Shown here one piece after another: positions 18,628-27,891 of a DNA stretch of 64,000 nucleotides; within the stretch, counting starts at the first letter, position 1; every line of letters starts with the position of its first letter. Source of the stretch: an uncultured Poribacteria bacterium (GTDB lineage Bacteria > Poribacteria > WGA-4E > WGA-3G); NCBI GenBank assembly GCA_958296135.2, contig CATQHZ020000001.1:4608001-4672000 (forward strand), in the 5' to 3' direction. The notes under the pieces were generated by a model. It saw only the letters and a program-made list of their open reading frames with translations. It was not told where the DNA came from and searched no databases. The translations under genes and the position numbers were made by a program.

Positions 18628-21393
18628 ATGACTTTCCACAAAATTCTGTCCTCTTTGTTGCTATGCCTGCTCGTCGTGCAAGGCGGATGCGCGACCGGCT
18701 CTGCACCAAAGCAGATAGTCGATCCGCTGGTTGAGCGGAATCAGCAGTGGCGCGAACACGTTGAGCGAGGCAATGAGGAACTCCGGCGCGGAAATCTGCG
18801 CGATGCACTCGTTGCCTACCAAGCCGCTGTCGCCATTCGGCCGGATGCAGGAGCCCCTCAGCAGAAAATCGCGGAGATCTACTTCCAACTTGAGGAGTAT
18901 GAAAACGCGCGGGATGCGTTTGCCGTGTTTCTGGCACTAGAACCCAACAACGTCAACGCGCTGAACTACGCCGGCTACATCTCCGAAAAACTGAACGATT
19001 ATCAGGCCGCCGCCGAACACTACAAGCAGGTGCTTACCGTCTCCAAGGATAACCTCTACGCTTTGAATCACCTCGGTTTGGCTTACAAACAGCTGGGACG
19101 GCTCGATGAAGCAGTGAAGGTTCTGCACGAGGCGTTAAACATCGATCCGAAATGTGAACGTCCCGAAAGCGAGAATTTGCACAATTACCTGGGATTAATC
19201 TATCTGGAACAGGGAGAAGTCGGAGAGGCAATCGCGGAATTGCGTGAATCCATTCGGTTGTTCCCGAAAGATGTTTGGGCGCGCCAGCAACTCGCGGCAC
19301 TTTACGAAGACAAGGGGCGTTACTACGAAGCACTACTCCAATATCAGGAACTCTTGGAGGTCGCGCCGGACAATCTGCTCGCGGTGACGCGGCTGCAGGC
19401 TTTAGCGGAAGAAATCGCGCCGACCGGGGTGGCAGTTCATATACCACCTGTGGATCTGTTGCAAGTGGACGCAGACCTGCGCATTGCCACCGCGCCGGAT
19501 GCCGACGCTTATCCGGATGCCGACGCGCTGATCCTCTTCAACCACTTTAGTCACGATGTCTTGCCGACAGGGCAATCCCGTTATACCACGCATCAAGTCG
19601 TCAAACTTCTAACCGAGAGGGGCATCGAGAAATACGACGATATTGCCATCCCCTACCAGCCGAGTGCACAGAACATCGCGGTGAACATCGCACGCACTAT
19701 CGCCGCTGATGGCACGGTGCATCAACCGCCCGCCGAGGCGTTCAACGATGTAACGCCGCCAGGGCTGTTATCCCAAAATCTCTATTCGGATACGATGTGG
19801 CGCGTCATCTCAATGGTAGGACTCACACCGGGAGTCTGCATTGAATATCAGGTAACGCTTGAAGATAAACCTGAAAACGCTGTCGGCGGAGAGACGTGGA
19901 TTACCGGCGGGTTCAATTTTCAATCGACAGAGGTAACGCTTGAAACAAGTTACGCGCTTCGTATCCCAAGCGCGTGGCATTTTCAGTGGAAAACGGAGAA
20001 CTTCAGTAGGAGAGACCTCCCGGTCTCGATTCGCTATGATGAAAATGGCAACAGTATCTACGTGTGGCAGCATGGCGAAACGCCGGCACTCACAATTGAA
20101 GAAGGAATGCCCCACGTCAACGACATCGCGCCGCGGTTGCACTATTCCTCAATCCCCTCGTGGAACGATGTCTACCAATGGTATAAGCAACTTGCCGCAG
20201 ACCGGTACGCGCCGGATGCACAGATTGAGGCGATAGTCCATCAACTTACAAAGGATTTGATGACAACATCGGATAAGATTCGCGCGATTTACCACTTCGT
20301 CGCCTCGCGCATCCGTTACGTCGGCATTGAACTGGGACAGAGCGCGTATCAGCCATCTCCCGCTGCAGAGGTACTGCAAAAACAATACGGCGATTGCAAG
20401 GACAAAACGACATTGCTCATCGCGATGCTAGAACTTGTCGGCATCCGCGCCTATCCCGTGCTGATTAACCCATCCCCTTATGAACGGACAGATACAGAAC
20501 TGCCATCGCTGAACCAATTCAGTCACATGCTGGCGGCAGTCCCGGTTTCCGGTAGGAGCAACCTCCTGGGCGCGATGCCCCACTATATCTGGCTCGATGC
20601 AACCTCGCAAACCTGCAGTTACGGAAATCTGCCATACAGCGACCAGGGACGAAAAGGGTTTCTGATAGGTGAAGAGCAAGGCGAGTTTGTGGATATCCCA
20701 ATTTTCCCGGCAGAAACTAACCGGCTCGTGAGCAAAACAGAATTGTGGCTCAGCGAAGAAGGTTCCGTGAGAGGGAAACTCCACATTGAGACGCGCGGGC
20801 AATACAGCCTCAATGCGCGCTGGACCTATCAACAGGTACCGCCGAACCAACTGCAGACGACTTTGGCTACGGAGCTCAGCCAGCAATTTCCAGGAATTGA
20901 GGTAGCGTGGAGCAACATCTCCGACTTGGAAAATCTTAACGTGCCCGTGGAGATCGAACTCGGTTTTCACGCCAAGAATTACGCCACACCGCTAGAAAAT
21001 AAGTCGCTCGCAAAAATCGCTACTACCGGGGAAATGCTCATGCGCTTACCGATTGATGAGTTCGCAGAATATGCGGAGATGGTTGCCGCGCCGCAGCGTG
21101 CCTATTCACTTGACCTCGGTTACCCAACGCAACTTGAAAAAGCAATTCAGATTCATCTACCGGAAGGTTGGACTGCCGTTCTCCCCGCGGATATCCATCA
21201 CACGACAGAGTTCGCCGAATTGACTCGGCAGTATAGACAGATTGACAGCACAGTGACTTATCGGCTGACGTTTAACCTAAAAGAGCGGATAATCCCCGCG
21301 GAGGCGTATGCGGAGACAAAGCGGTTTTTTACGCAATTGGCGAGGGAAGATGGGAGTCGTTTGCTGTTACAGACAATCCCCCGCGTCCCGTAG
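18628..21393 (+). CDS. TPR + DUF3857 + transglutaminase-like lipoprotein
   Basis: Lipobox VQGGC, TPR repeats, IRYVGIELG..GDCKDK..FSHML..WLDAT catalytic triad. Confidence 0.88.
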   Translation: MTFHKILSSLLLCLLVVQGGCATGSAPKQIVDPLVERNQQWREHVERGNEELRRGNLRDALVAYQAAVAIRPDAGAPQQKIAEIYFQLEEYENARDAFAVFLALEPNNVNALNYAGYISEKLNDYQAAAEHYKQVLTVSKDNLYALNHLGLAYKQLGRLDEAVKVLHEALNIDPKCERPESENLHNYLGLIYLEQGEVGEAIAELRESIRLFPKDVWARQQLAALYEDKGRYYEALLQYQELLEVAPDNLLAVTRLQALAEEIAPTGVAVHIPPVDLLQVDADLRIATAPDADAYPDADALILFNHFSHDVLPTGQSRYTTHQVVKLLTERGIEKYDDIAIPYQPSAQNIAVNIARTIAADGTVHQPPAEAFNDVTPPGLLSQNLYSDTMWRVISMVGLTPGVCIEYQVTLEDKPENAVGGETWITGGFNFQSTEVTLETSYALRIPSAWHFQWKTENFSRRDLPVSIRYDENGNSIYVWQHGETPALTIEEGMPHVNDIAPRLHYSSIPSWNDVYQWYKQLAADRYAPDAQIEAIVHQLTKDLMTTSDKIRAIYHFVASRIRYVGIELGQSAYQPSPAAEVLQKQYGDCKDKTTLLIAMLELVGIRAYPVLINPSPYERTDTELPSLNQFSHMLAAVPVSGRSNLLGAMPHYIWLDATSQTCSYGNLPYSDQGRKGFLIGEEQGEFVDIPIFPAETNRLVSKTELWLSEEGSVRGKLHIETRGQYSLNARWTYQQVPPNQLQTTLATELSQQFPGIEVAWSNISDLENLNVPVEIELGFHAKNYATPLENKSLAKIATTGEMLMRLPIDEFAEYAEMVAAPQRAYSLDLGYPTQLEKAIQIHLPEGWTAVLPADIHHTTEFAELTRQYRQIDSTVTYRLTFNLKERIIPAEAYAETKRFFTQLAREDGSRLLLQTIPRVP

Positions 21394-21457
21394 GGTCCGT
21401 GTCTCGGTCAAAGCGCGCGAGGGACAGGTTTCCCTCGCGCTACGGAACGCACACAGA

Positions 21458-22078
21458 TTAACCCTTGACATACTTCCAACCGTCAACCAGAACGGGGAGC
21501 CCGCGGATCAGGCACATCGCAACGGCGACGGAAGAGATAATCACGCCTGCTAATTCTAAACCAACGACGAATTCAGGGTAGGCACCGAAATTTTTGAACG
21601 TCATCACGCCGCCGAGGTAGAGAAAGGCGAGCGTCTTGGCGATACCATAGATGCTGCGGCTTGCGCGTGAGCTCGTGAGAGCGCGTGTCCAAGGAGAGGC
21701 CATCATCGTCTTCTCGCCGAACGCGGTCTTGCCTTCCGCAAAGGCGGCACTCCGCAAGCCATCTGTGAAAAACCCGCGCGCAATCACGATGGCGGGAATC
21801 CAGAACGGAATCAGCCCAACGACAGCGAAGTAAACCCAGAAGATACATTCGACAATCCGGTCGCCGACGATGTCAAACAGCGCACCGAAATCCGATGTCT
21901 GATTCAGTTTTCGGGCAACGTAACCGTCCACCGCATCAAGGAACAAAATCACTCCTATCATCGCGACAAGCAGAACGTCTAAATAGACATGCTGCCCGAA
22001 GAGCGAAATCACGACGAAGACCAAAGCTAGGCGGAAAAGCGTAATCAAATTCGCAACCATGGGGGAGTCCTCCGACAT
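21458..22078 (-). CDS. CDP-alcohol phosphatidyltransferase
   Basis: ANLITLFR and DAVDGYVARKLNQTSDFGALFDIVGDR. Start may be 22060. Confidence 0.9.
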   Translation of the reverse strand: MSEDSPMVANLITLFRLALVFVVISLFGQHVYLDVLLVAMIGVILFLDAVDGYVARKLNQTSDFGALFDIVGDRIVECIFWVYFAVVGLIPFWIPAIVIARGFFTDGLRSAAFAEGKTAFGEKTMMASPWTRALTSSRASRSIYGIAKTLAFLYLGGVMTFKNFGAYPEFVVGLELAGVIISSVAVAMCLIRGLPVLVDGWKYVKG

Positions 22079-22221
22079 TTTTCTATTTTTTTAACGTCTT
22101 CTTGTAACATGACTTACACAAACTCCTGAAACGCCTACGGGGTTTGTTCCGCGTAAGTCCTATATAAGATATAATAACGTAAATTGTCACCTAAATCAAG
22201 GTGAATAGGAGCGAATTGCCA

Positions 22222-23820
22222 ATGAACGAAAACAAAAAACCGAACATCGTCCTGATTCTCAACGACGATATGGGCTTCTCCGACCTTGGCTGCTACGGCG
22301 GCGAAGTCCATACCCCGAACCTTGACCGGCTCGCCGCGGGCGGGCTACGATGGACGCAGTTTTACAATACCGCGCGGTGCTGCCCCTCCCGTGCTTCAAT
22401 GCTCACCGGGCTCCACCCACACCAAACCGGAGTCGGCCACATGACGAGCGACGACGGATTAGAGGGATACCGCGGAGACCTGAACAACCGGTGCATTACC
22501 ATCGCAGACGCTGTCCGCCCTGAAGGATACGGCACGTATATGAGCGGTAAATGGCATATCTCGCGGCATACCGGCCCCGAAGGACCGAAACATAGCTGGC
22601 CCTGCCAGCGCGGGTTCGACCGGTACTACGGCATCATCACGGGGGCCGCCAATTTTTGGAAACCGAATACCTTGACGCGGGATAACACGCGCATCCAACA
22701 CGATGAACTTCCCGAAGGGTATTTCCTCACCGATGCCATCAGCGACGAAGCGTCAGCGTTCATTCGGAATCACACCGAAAAGTCGGCGGAGAGCCCCTTC
22801 TTCACTTATGTCGCCTACACGGCACCCCACTGGCCCCTGCACGCACATGAAGAGGACATCGCACGATATAACGGACGCTTTGCCGCGGGCTGGGACAAAC
22901 TCCGCGAAGAACGGCTCTCACGGATGCGGGAGATGAAAATCTTGGACGAGGCATGGCGGCTCACTGCACGCGACCCGTCGCAACCGCCATGGAGCGATGC
23001 GCAGTATAAAGAGTGGAATCAACGCCGCATGGAGGTTTACGCCGCACAAATCACGCGGATGGATACCGGCATCGGGCGAATTATTGATACGCTCGAAGAG
23101 ACAGGACAACTGGACAACACGCTCATCCTGTTTTTAGCCGACAACGGCGGTTGCGCAGAAGAACTCGGCAGACCGCCCGCAAGACGCGAGGGCGGTTCGC
23201 TCATCAGCACGGAGACGACTTCGGATGGCAGACCTGTCTATCGCGGCAACGACCCGAGCATTATGCCGGGGCCGGAAACCACCTATCAGAGTTATGGCGT
23301 GCCGTGGGCGAATCTGTCCAATACGCCGTTCCGTGAATACAAGCACTGGGTGCATGAAGGCGGTATCGCTACACCGCTCATCGCGCACTGGCCGGAGAGG
23401 ATTAAAGCCGCAGGCGAACTCCGCCATCAGCCGGGGCAACTGCCCGATATTATGGCGACATGCCTTGACGTTTCCGGGGCAACTTATCCAGATGAACACA
23501 ACGGGAACCCGATTTTGCCGTTAGAAGGCACCAGTCTAACCCCGATTTTCGACGGAAAAAACAACGGAAAAGAGGTGCTGTATTGGGAGCATGAGGGCAA
23601 CTGCGCCGTGCGCCAAGGCAAATGGAAACTCGTCTGCAAATTCCCTGGAGACTGGGAACTCTACGATGTGGAAGCAGAGCGGACCGAGATGAACAACCTC
23701 GCCGACAAGCATCCGCAGAAGTTGAAAGAGCTCATCGGGCTTTATCAGAACTGGGCTGACAGGTGCTTTATCTACCCGTGGGACCGGCTCCAAGCGCAGC
23801 GCAGACAGCAGCGCGCGTAA
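22222..23820 (+). CDS. Arylsulfatase (Cys-type)
   Basis: PNIVLILNDDMG, CCPSRASMLTG, GKWH, APHWPLH, DNG, K..HEGGI. Confidence 0.93.
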   Translation: MNENKKPNIVLILNDDMGFSDLGCYGGEVHTPNLDRLAAGGLRWTQFYNTARCCPSRASMLTGLHPHQTGVGHMTSDDGLEGYRGDLNNRCITIADAVRPEGYGTYMSGKWHISRHTGPEGPKHSWPCQRGFDRYYGIITGAANFWKPNTLTRDNTRIQHDELPEGYFLTDAISDEASAFIRNHTEKSAESPFFTYVAYTAPHWPLHAHEEDIARYNGRFAAGWDKLREERLSRMREMKILDEAWRLTARDPSQPPWSDAQYKEWNQRRMEVYAAQITRMDTGIGRIIDTLEETGQLDNTLILFLADNGGCAEELGRPPARREGGSLISTETTSDGRPVYRGNDPSIMPGPETTYQSYGVPWANLSNTPFREYKHWVHEGGIATPLIAHWPERIKAAGELRHQPGQLPDIMATCLDVSGATYPDEHNGNPILPLEGTSLTPIFDGKNNGKEVLYWEHEGNCAVRQGKWKLVCKFPGDWELYDVEAERTEMNNLADKHPQKLKELIGLYQNWADRCFIYPWDRLQAQRRQQRA

Positions 23821-23987
23821 GAGTGGATGTTTCTATCCGCCTGCATCTAGGACTTCCAAGATGAGAGGCTCGGTGCAGGGAGCAATAACCTAGGAACGTA
23901 GGGCGGGGGCCTGGCCCCCGCGAACTTCGTGACATAGCGAGGGACAACGGAAACGCGGGACAACTCCTGAAAATCCGCAATTAAAAT

Positions 23988-24016
23988 TTGCAAAAAGCGC
24001 AGAAATGTGATATAAT
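23988..24016 (+). promoter_or_regulatory. sigma70 promoter upstream of the cobalamin riboswitch
   Basis: TTGCAA-N17-TATAAT with TG extension. Confidence 0.75.
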
Positions 24017-24041
24017 ATCTCCACAACAACTGAATAAGCAA

Positions 24042-24334
24042 ACGATTCAGGTGCCGATGTAGGGTGAAACTTGCAAACCCTGCGACATCGGAGAATAGGG
24101 AAGCGCGGTGAGAATCCGCCACGGCCCCGCCACTGTGAACGATACTCCTCTGTGAGCAAGCCATACGGTTCGGAGGAGAGTTTTTCACTTCAAAAACCAC
24201 TGTCGTCAGATGGGAAGGTGAAGTGGGAATTTTTGTTCGGTGCAGCAGAGACCCGTTTTTCTTGGCAACTCACAAGAAAACGTCGTTTCCTGCAACAAGA
24301 AAGCATCGGAAGTCAGGAGACCTGCCTGAATCGT
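24042..24334 (+). promoter_or_regulatory. Cobalamin (AdoCbl-type) riboswitch
   Basis: P1 acgattcagg/cctgaatcgt; conserved AGGGAA, GGTG..AATCC, CCCCGCCACTGT and CCACTG..GGGAAGG; B12 box AGTCAGGAGACCTGCC. Confidence 0.92.
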
Positions 24335-24441
24335 GTTTCATACAGCTGCTTTCGCGGGAGAGCAGTGGAACAACAGCGCGCACGAGAGGCACTCCGACTT
24401 TCACGATTTTGGAAAACCTACCTCCGTATGAACGTTGCCAC

Positions 24442-24480
24442 ATCCCCTGTCTTCCCACGGAAAGCAGGGATTTTTTGTTT
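24442..24480 (+). terminator. Intrinsic terminator, probably the riboswitch expression platform
   Basis: atcccctgt..ttcc-cac-ggaa..gcagggat stem followed by a T-tract, just before the RBS and ATG 24496. Confidence 0.7.
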
Positions 24481-24495
24481 CATTACGGAGGAATC

Positions 24496-25725
24496 ATGCA
24501 ATTTTTGAAAAAGTGGGTAGCGCGGGCTATCCTCTTCACCCTTCTCATGAGCCCGGCTTTTGGCCAGACAGACGTGCAGCATCTCGCTGTCGTCGTCAAT
24601 GCGCTTACTCATCCCGACTTGGGCATTTCAACTTCACTTTCACTCATCGACCTCGCGGAACCTAACGAGAAACGCGCGGTTGAGAACCAAGTCATCCCGC
24701 TCGGCAACGTGCCGAGCGATATCCTCATTCGCGGGCATCTCGCTTACATATCCAACGTCTTTAGCAGCAACATCTTGATTATCAACCTGCAGCGGCGCAC
24801 GATTGTCGGAGAAATCCCAATCCGCACCGGTGCCCAACCACAAAGCCTCGCCTTTGTCGATGAGAACAAGATGTATGTCACCTGCGACGCAGCGCACGAG
24901 GTGCATGTCGTCGACATCCCAAATCGCAATGTGACGAAGGTCATCACCGGGCCCTTCAACAAACCCACCGGCATCACGCTGCTGAACGGCAAGGCTTATG
25001 TGACGAACGCGGCATGGGAGTGGGACGCAATTGAAGGCAAAGTACATTACCACGACAGCAGCGTCACGGTGATTGATACCACGACAGACACGGTATTGAA
25101 ATCTATCCCGATGCCGACAAACGCCGGCGGGATTGTCAACGATGGCGAGTCAACAGTGCTCGTCAAGACAACGGGCGACCTGAATCTCATCGCCGGTAAC
25201 CTCGTGTTTATTGATACGACTACCGATGAGGTTCGCAAGACGGTGCCGCTGAAAATGTCACCGGGTAGTTTCGCCATCAATGCGGAAAAGCAGCTGTTCA
25301 TCCAAGGTGGATGGCAAACCCCCGGTCTCCTTATCTATGATGTCGTCGCAGAAAAATGGGTCCGAGATAAAGATGACGCGCTCGTCGATTTCGGCGGCGG
25401 TTCGGGCATGACGTTCGCACCGGACGGCAGCCTCTATATCACCTATCCCGATTGGACCGGCGGTGGGCAAGACGAGGTGCGCGCCATGGGCACCGACGAA
25501 ACGCTCCTCAAAACGTATCGCCCCGGCCCCGGGGCGGATAACGTAGCCATCGCACAGATTGTCCCCAGACCTGAGGATATCAACGACGATGGGTTTGTGA
25601 ACGTCGAAGACCTGGGCATCGTCAGTCGCTACCTAGGCGAAAGCGGCGTAGATTTGCGCGGCGATATCAACGCCGATGGCGTGGTAAACGTGCTTGACCT
25701 GGTTATTATCGCAAGCCAACTCTAA
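24496..25725 (+). CDS. Secreted YncE/YVTN beta-propeller with C-terminal dockerin (candidate BtuG-like corrinoid-binding protein)
   Basis: RBS ggagg; YISN/YVT/YVTN blades; dockerin EDINDDGFVNVEDL..GDINADGVVNVLDL; first gene under the B12 riboswitch. Confidence 0.8.
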   Translation: MQFLKKWVARAILFTLLMSPAFGQTDVQHLAVVVNALTHPDLGISTSLSLIDLAEPNEKRAVENQVIPLGNVPSDILIRGHLAYISNVFSSNILIINLQRRTIVGEIPIRTGAQPQSLAFVDENKMYVTCDAAHEVHVVDIPNRNVTKVITGPFNKPTGITLLNGKAYVTNAAWEWDAIEGKVHYHDSSVTVIDTTTDTVLKSIPMPTNAGGIVNDGESTVLVKTTGDLNLIAGNLVFIDTTTDEVRKTVPLKMSPGSFAINAEKQLFIQGGWQTPGLLIYDVVAEKWVRDKDDALVDFGGGSGMTFAPDGSLYITYPDWTGGGQDEVRAMGTDETLLKTYRPGPGADNVAIAQIVPRPEDINDDGFVNVEDLGIVSRYLGESGVDLRGDINADGVVNVLDLVIIASQL

Positions 25726-25793
25726 CGGACGCAAGTTTCATCATCCTCGGTAGGTGCGGTTACAAACCGCACCTACCAGTAAGGGAACACGCA

Positions 25794-27851
25794 ATGCGAA
25801 AATCGATAGTCTGGCTCTATAAATACACCCTTAAAGGGGTTTTAAAGGGATGGTATCTTTTCCTATTTCCGCTGTTGCTTATCAGTTGCGGCCCGAGGGA
25901 AACGAAAGATGCATCGCTAGCGTGGCAGGTGACTTTCTTCTCCCTCGGTGCAGAGCTCCAATTTAGCCGAGGCACCCCCCGCGAAGCAGAGACACAGAAG
26001 CAGTCACCCTCCCAAGTCAAAGCTTACCGAACGCTTGGCGACAAGACGAAAACGCTAGTTGCGCAGCTCGATTTTCCCACGGCACCGCGCCCGGTAGAAT
26101 CGCTCTACTTTGAATGGCACGAAGGCGAAACCTACCAAATTGAGGTGACATCGCAAACAGGGCAGGTCAGCTTCCAACAAGTGACTGCCCCGCGTTCTAC
26201 CGCACGCGGCAGTTTGGAAATATCGGTCCCGTACGGTGCGGCTGCGCACGCGAACGCCCCTTCACTCGTGCTGCACGACAGCGAACTGACTGCTACAGTC
26301 CTGGTCAGAAATGGGACAGCTGCACCGCCATCAAGCAACCGGCGGAGGCCTGTCCCCCGCCATCAAGCCGATTTTCACGTTGAAGTTTGTCTCCCTTCTA
26401 CACTGACTGTCGTGAAATGGCCAGAAGGTTGGACAGCAAAACATACCGGTGAAGAAACCTGTCTGACAACGTCCGGCACATTTACCGTCGCTGGCGAAGT
26501 CTGGTATCGGGAAGTGGTGCTGAAAATGCCGCGCCTACTTGATACTGGCACCGCTGTTATTTCGGGCAAGGTTCGCTTTGAAGCGAGTGGCGAATATAGA
26601 AATTTCGTCTTACAGAATCGCGAGGATACGACCTGGGAACACATAACCGAATTGCAACTGCAGGCGGCGACAGTGGAGGAGATAGCGGCCCAGCTCGCCA
26701 TTGAAGATGTCCAGATGCCTACCGATGATGCCGGCACCGCCGACCCGAGGCAGCGCGCCGATACCCTCTATCACGCGCAGCCACTCCTCGGCCGGTGGGG
26801 ACAGTCCCCGATTGATGTCTACACGCCGATAGCACACCAAACGGTGCATCTCCGCAATCACAGCGAGTCAACTCTCCATGTCGTCGTCTCCTCTATTAAC
26901 CGCGACGCGAAAAGTGGAAAGGTGATTCAGTTTCTCGCGCCGCCCGAGGCAGTCAATGCCGGGACAGATATGAGCGTATCCTTCGCGAGCCTGCCGCCAG
27001 GGACATTAAGTGCTATTCCGCTGCCGATTTACTTCAATCCGCTTTCGGCGAGAGCCGGCGAATACACGCGCGAGATTGAGGTGAAAGTTTGGGGCAGTAA
27101 CGCCACGGTGCTGCGTGAACAACGGCCGCTCCACATCGTCGTGCCGAATCGACAGGCATTGTTCATCACGGTGCTAGCCGTGCTTGCCAGCAGCATCGGG
27201 TTAGCGGGCGTGCTTCGGCATCACCGCCAAATCTTTGCACGGTTCACGACGAAACAACTGATTGTCATCGCGTTGTTCGGCGCGACCGTTTTTGTCTGCG
27301 TCATCATCCCATCAACGCTGTTTTTGAACCTCATCCGCGCTCTCCTCGGCCCCGTCTCAGTGCTGTTGACTGGGCTGATGAATGAAACGCTCTACTATGC
27401 GTTGCTGACAGCGTTGCTCATTTATATTAACGGCTCACCGCAAAAGGCAGAACAAGAAGAATGCGCGGTTGAAAACCGAGCCTACGGAAAAACGGAGAAA
27501 AAACCGGGCGTGATTCTCCTGGCCTCCGCCGTGCGCCTGTTGCTCGGTGCAGTCACCTTCGGGCTTTTCACGCCGATGGAAATTATCTATACCGGCACAA
27601 GCGTGCTGTTACTTGAAACGGGGTATCGGCTCGTGCAACGGCGCGGTTTATTGGCATGGGCAGTGGCACTCGGCATCTGCGATGCGCTTGCTGTCTATGT
27701 CGATTTTCAACTGTCCATTGTCTTCTACCGGCTCTTCTACGCAGATTGGTATATCGCAATGCGCATCCTAGTTGAAGGGTTCGCCTATACCTTTATCGGC
27801 GTGCTACTTGGCAGCCGATTGGGACGCGGACTCTGGCGCGTCGCTGACTAA
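25794..27851 (+). CDS. Large extracytoplasmic domain fused to a C-terminal ECF S-component-like membrane module
   Basis: Lipobox-like LISC; C-terminal FTTKQLIVIALFGA...KPGV...G..LGSRLG multi-TM pattern resembles MptD-type S units. Confidence 0.6.
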   Translation: MRKSIVWLYKYTLKGVLKGWYLFLFPLLLISCGPRETKDASLAWQVTFFSLGAELQFSRGTPREAETQKQSPSQVKAYRTLGDKTKTLVAQLDFPTAPRPVESLYFEWHEGETYQIEVTSQTGQVSFQQVTAPRSTARGSLEISVPYGAAAHANAPSLVLHDSELTATVLVRNGTAAPPSSNRRRPVPRHQADFHVEVCLPSTLTVVKWPEGWTAKHTGEETCLTTSGTFTVAGEVWYREVVLKMPRLLDTGTAVISGKVRFEASGEYRNFVLQNREDTTWEHITELQLQAATVEEIAAQLAIEDVQMPTDDAGTADPRQRADTLYHAQPLLGRWGQSPIDVYTPIAHQTVHLRNHSESTLHVVVSSINRDAKSGKVIQFLAPPEAVNAGTDMSVSFASLPPGTLSAIPLPIYFNPLSARAGEYTREIEVKVWGSNATVLREQRPLHIVVPNRQALFITVLAVLASSIGLAGVLRHHRQIFARFTTKQLIVIALFGATVFVCVIIPSTLFLNLIRALLGPVSVLLTGLMNETLYYALLTALLIYINGSPQKAEQEECAVENRAYGKTEKKPGVILLASAVRLLLGAVTFGLFTPMEIIYTGTSVLLLETGYRLVQRRGLLAWAVALGICDALAVYVDFQLSIVFYRLFYADWYIAMRILVEGFAYTFIGVLLGSRLGRGLWRVAD

Positions 27852-27891
27852 CTTGACTCTACAGAAATAGGAAAAGAGAGGAACTCTCAAA

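Noticed and set aside
24223-24495. Extended N-terminus of the propeller ORF
   Set aside because: It overlaps the riboswitch and terminator; the RBS and signal peptide start at 24496.
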